NCBI GenBank assembly: GCA_021732605.1
Contig: JAKFUS010000034.1
Coordinates: 51,146-83,145 of the forward strand
DNA: 32,000 nt
Source of the DNA: Betaproteobacteria bacterium
GTDB lineage: Bacteria > Pseudomonadota > Gammaproteobacteria > Burkholderiales > SG8-41
Direction: 5' to 3'
Shown here: in pieces, positions 30,917 through 32,000 of the stretch
Layout of the letters: every line of letters starts with the position of its first letter
How positions within the stretch are numbered: position 1 is the first letter of the stretch
Translations under genes and position numbers: made by a program
The notes under the pieces: model-generated
What the model saw: only the letters and a program-made list of their open reading frames with translations
What the model was told of the DNA's origin: nothing
The model's database searches: none

Positions 30917-32000
30917 TCAACCAAGTTTGGTCGCGCCTGCTGCTGCCAGACGCTGGATGTCAGCATCGCCATAACCCGCTTCGCGCAGGATTTCCGCGCT
31001 GTGTTCGCCGAGCCGCGGCGCCGGCCGGTGCGGCATCGGGTCAGAGCCCGACCAGTGGCTGGCCAGCATCATTTCGCGCAGCCGGCCTTCGCTGGGGTGT
31101 TCGGATTCCTTGAAGAATCCGGTGGCCGCAAGATGCGGGTCGTTCAGTACATCCCCGACGGTTTTCATCGGCGCCGACGGGATGTCGGCTTCGAGCAGCA
31201 GCTTTTCCCATTCCGCGTTGCTGCGCAATTTCAGCTGCTCGGCGGCAAAGGCGTAGACCTCGGCAATGTTGCGCGAACGCGCTTCGTGGCTGCTGAAGCG
31301 CGGGTCGGTGTTGAACATCGCTTCCTGGCCGATCAGCTTGAAAAACGCGCGCCAGTGTTTGTCGTTGTAGATCAGCACGCACATATAGCCGTCGCTGGTC
31401 TTGTACGGTGCTCGGTCCGGCGCCAGCATGCGCGCATAGCCGTAAGGGCCCTCTGGCGGATCGAAGGTGAAACCACCCATGTGATCCGCGAGCACCATCT
31501 GCGTAACGGTTTCAAACATCGGCACTTCGACCGACTGGCCTTTTCCGGTGCGGCTGCGCGCGAACAGCGCGGTGGTGACTGCGTTGACCGCGGCCAGTCC
31601 GGTGATGCGGTCGGCAATGGCCAGCGGCGCATAACGCGGGCTGGATGCGCCTGCTTCATGGAACAGTGACGGCATCGCCGACATGCCCTGGATCAGGTCA
31701 TCGTAGGCGGGTTGTGCGGCGTAGGGACCGCGCTGACTGAATCCATAGGCACCGACGTAGATGATATGCGGGTTGATTGCCGCGACATCCTCATAAGACA
31801 GCTTCAGCCGTTTCATCGCCTGCGGCCGCACGTTGTAGAACAGCACATCCGCGGTCTTGATCATTTTTTGCAACGCGGCCAGGCCTTCGGGCTTCTTCAG
31901 GTCAAGCACGATCGAGCGCTTGTTGCGGTTGTGGTGCAGGAAAATATGGCCCATCGCCGGATGCCGCATTGGCGCGACATGGCGCAGGATATCGCCGTCA
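30917..32000 (-). CDS. family-III (CaiB/BaiF/Frc-type) CoA-transferase, N-terminus beyond the window end
   Basis: The reading frame stays open upstream of the ORF-track Met (31969) to the window edge (DGDILRHVAPMRHP...). NRNKRSIVLDLKKPEG, and PAYDDLIQGMSAM with the expected catalytic Asp region. The N-terminal GxRVLD...AGP segment is missing, so the gene is truncated by the window. Confidence 0.85.
   Translation of the reverse strand, partial: DGDILRHVAPMRHPAMGHIFLHHNRNKRSIVLDLKKPEGLAALQKMIKTADVLFYNVRPQAMKRLKLSYEDVAAINPHIIYVGAYGFSQRGPYAAQPAYDDLIQGMSAMPSLFHEAGASSPRYAPLAIADRITGLAAVNAVTTALFARSRTGKGQSVEVPMFETVTQMVLADHMGGFTFDPPEGPYGYARMLAPDRAPYKTSDGYMCVLIYNDKHWRAFFKLIGQEAMFNTDPRFSSHEARSRNIAEVYAFAAEQLKLRSNAEWEKLLLEADIPSAPMKTVGDVLNDPHLAATGFFKESEHPSEGRLREMMLASHWSGSDPMPHRPAPRLGEHSAEILREAGYGDADIQRLAAAGATKLG

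Noticed and set aside
1-32000. Genomic island, prophage, mobile element or defence system
   Set aside because: I found no integrase, transposase, recombinase, phage structural gene, tRNA attachment site or flanking direct repeats. I also found no nuclease, helicase, methyltransferase or reverse-transcriptase-like ORFs. The AT-rich patches are only 25-35 nt long.

Overview
GC-rich, densely coding chromosomal segment of about 30 CDS. I found no rRNA/tRNA, transposase/integrase or CRISPR. The gene content points to a Burkholderiales-type betaproteobacterium. The first 17 kb hold nine diverged Bug/TctC-type periplasmic solute-binding protein genes. These are interleaved with single catabolic enzymes: Gfo/Idh/MocA oxidoreductase, alpha/beta hydrolase, SMP-30 lactonase, MmgE/PrpD-family protein, ACMSD-type amidohydrolase, Asp/Glu-racemase-superfamily protein and a TarD-like enolase-superfamily dehydratase. 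No TctA/TctB membrane partner and no transcription factor is encoded anywhere in the window. Next come a beta-carbonic anhydrase and a minus-strand operon (ThDP enzyme, ornithine cyclodeaminase/mu-crystallin, 3-hydroxyisobutyrate-dehydrogenase-like, 353-aa unknown protein) divergent from an amidase. The last part has a c-di-GMP flavour: a Cache-HAMP-GGDEF cyclase, a 558-bp gene-free gap, a small membrane ORF coupled to an Atg22/UMF1-type MFS transporter, a 514-aa protein with PilZ-like motifs, an EamA transporter and a GNAT. The window ends in a partial family-III CoA-transferase gene. I do not recognise any defence, secretion, toxin or mobile system, and no locus is compelling evidence for a new multi-gene system. 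Five items the gene list does not explain seem most worth follow-up. (i) A sigma-54-type promoter facing a canonical terminator in the gene-free gap (candidate ~190-nt sRNA). (ii) A ~26-32-nt AT-rich motif recurring at least four times in one orientation, twice inside coding sequence. (iii) A six-unit 13-15-bp tandem repeat and a perfect 16-bp tandem duplication in the intercistronic regions flanking the TarD-like gene. (iv) The GGDEF / transporter / PilZ-like neighbourhood. (v) The uncharacterised 353-aa protein in the ThDP-OCD operon. All functional calls come from motif recognition by eye; none has been verified by a database search.
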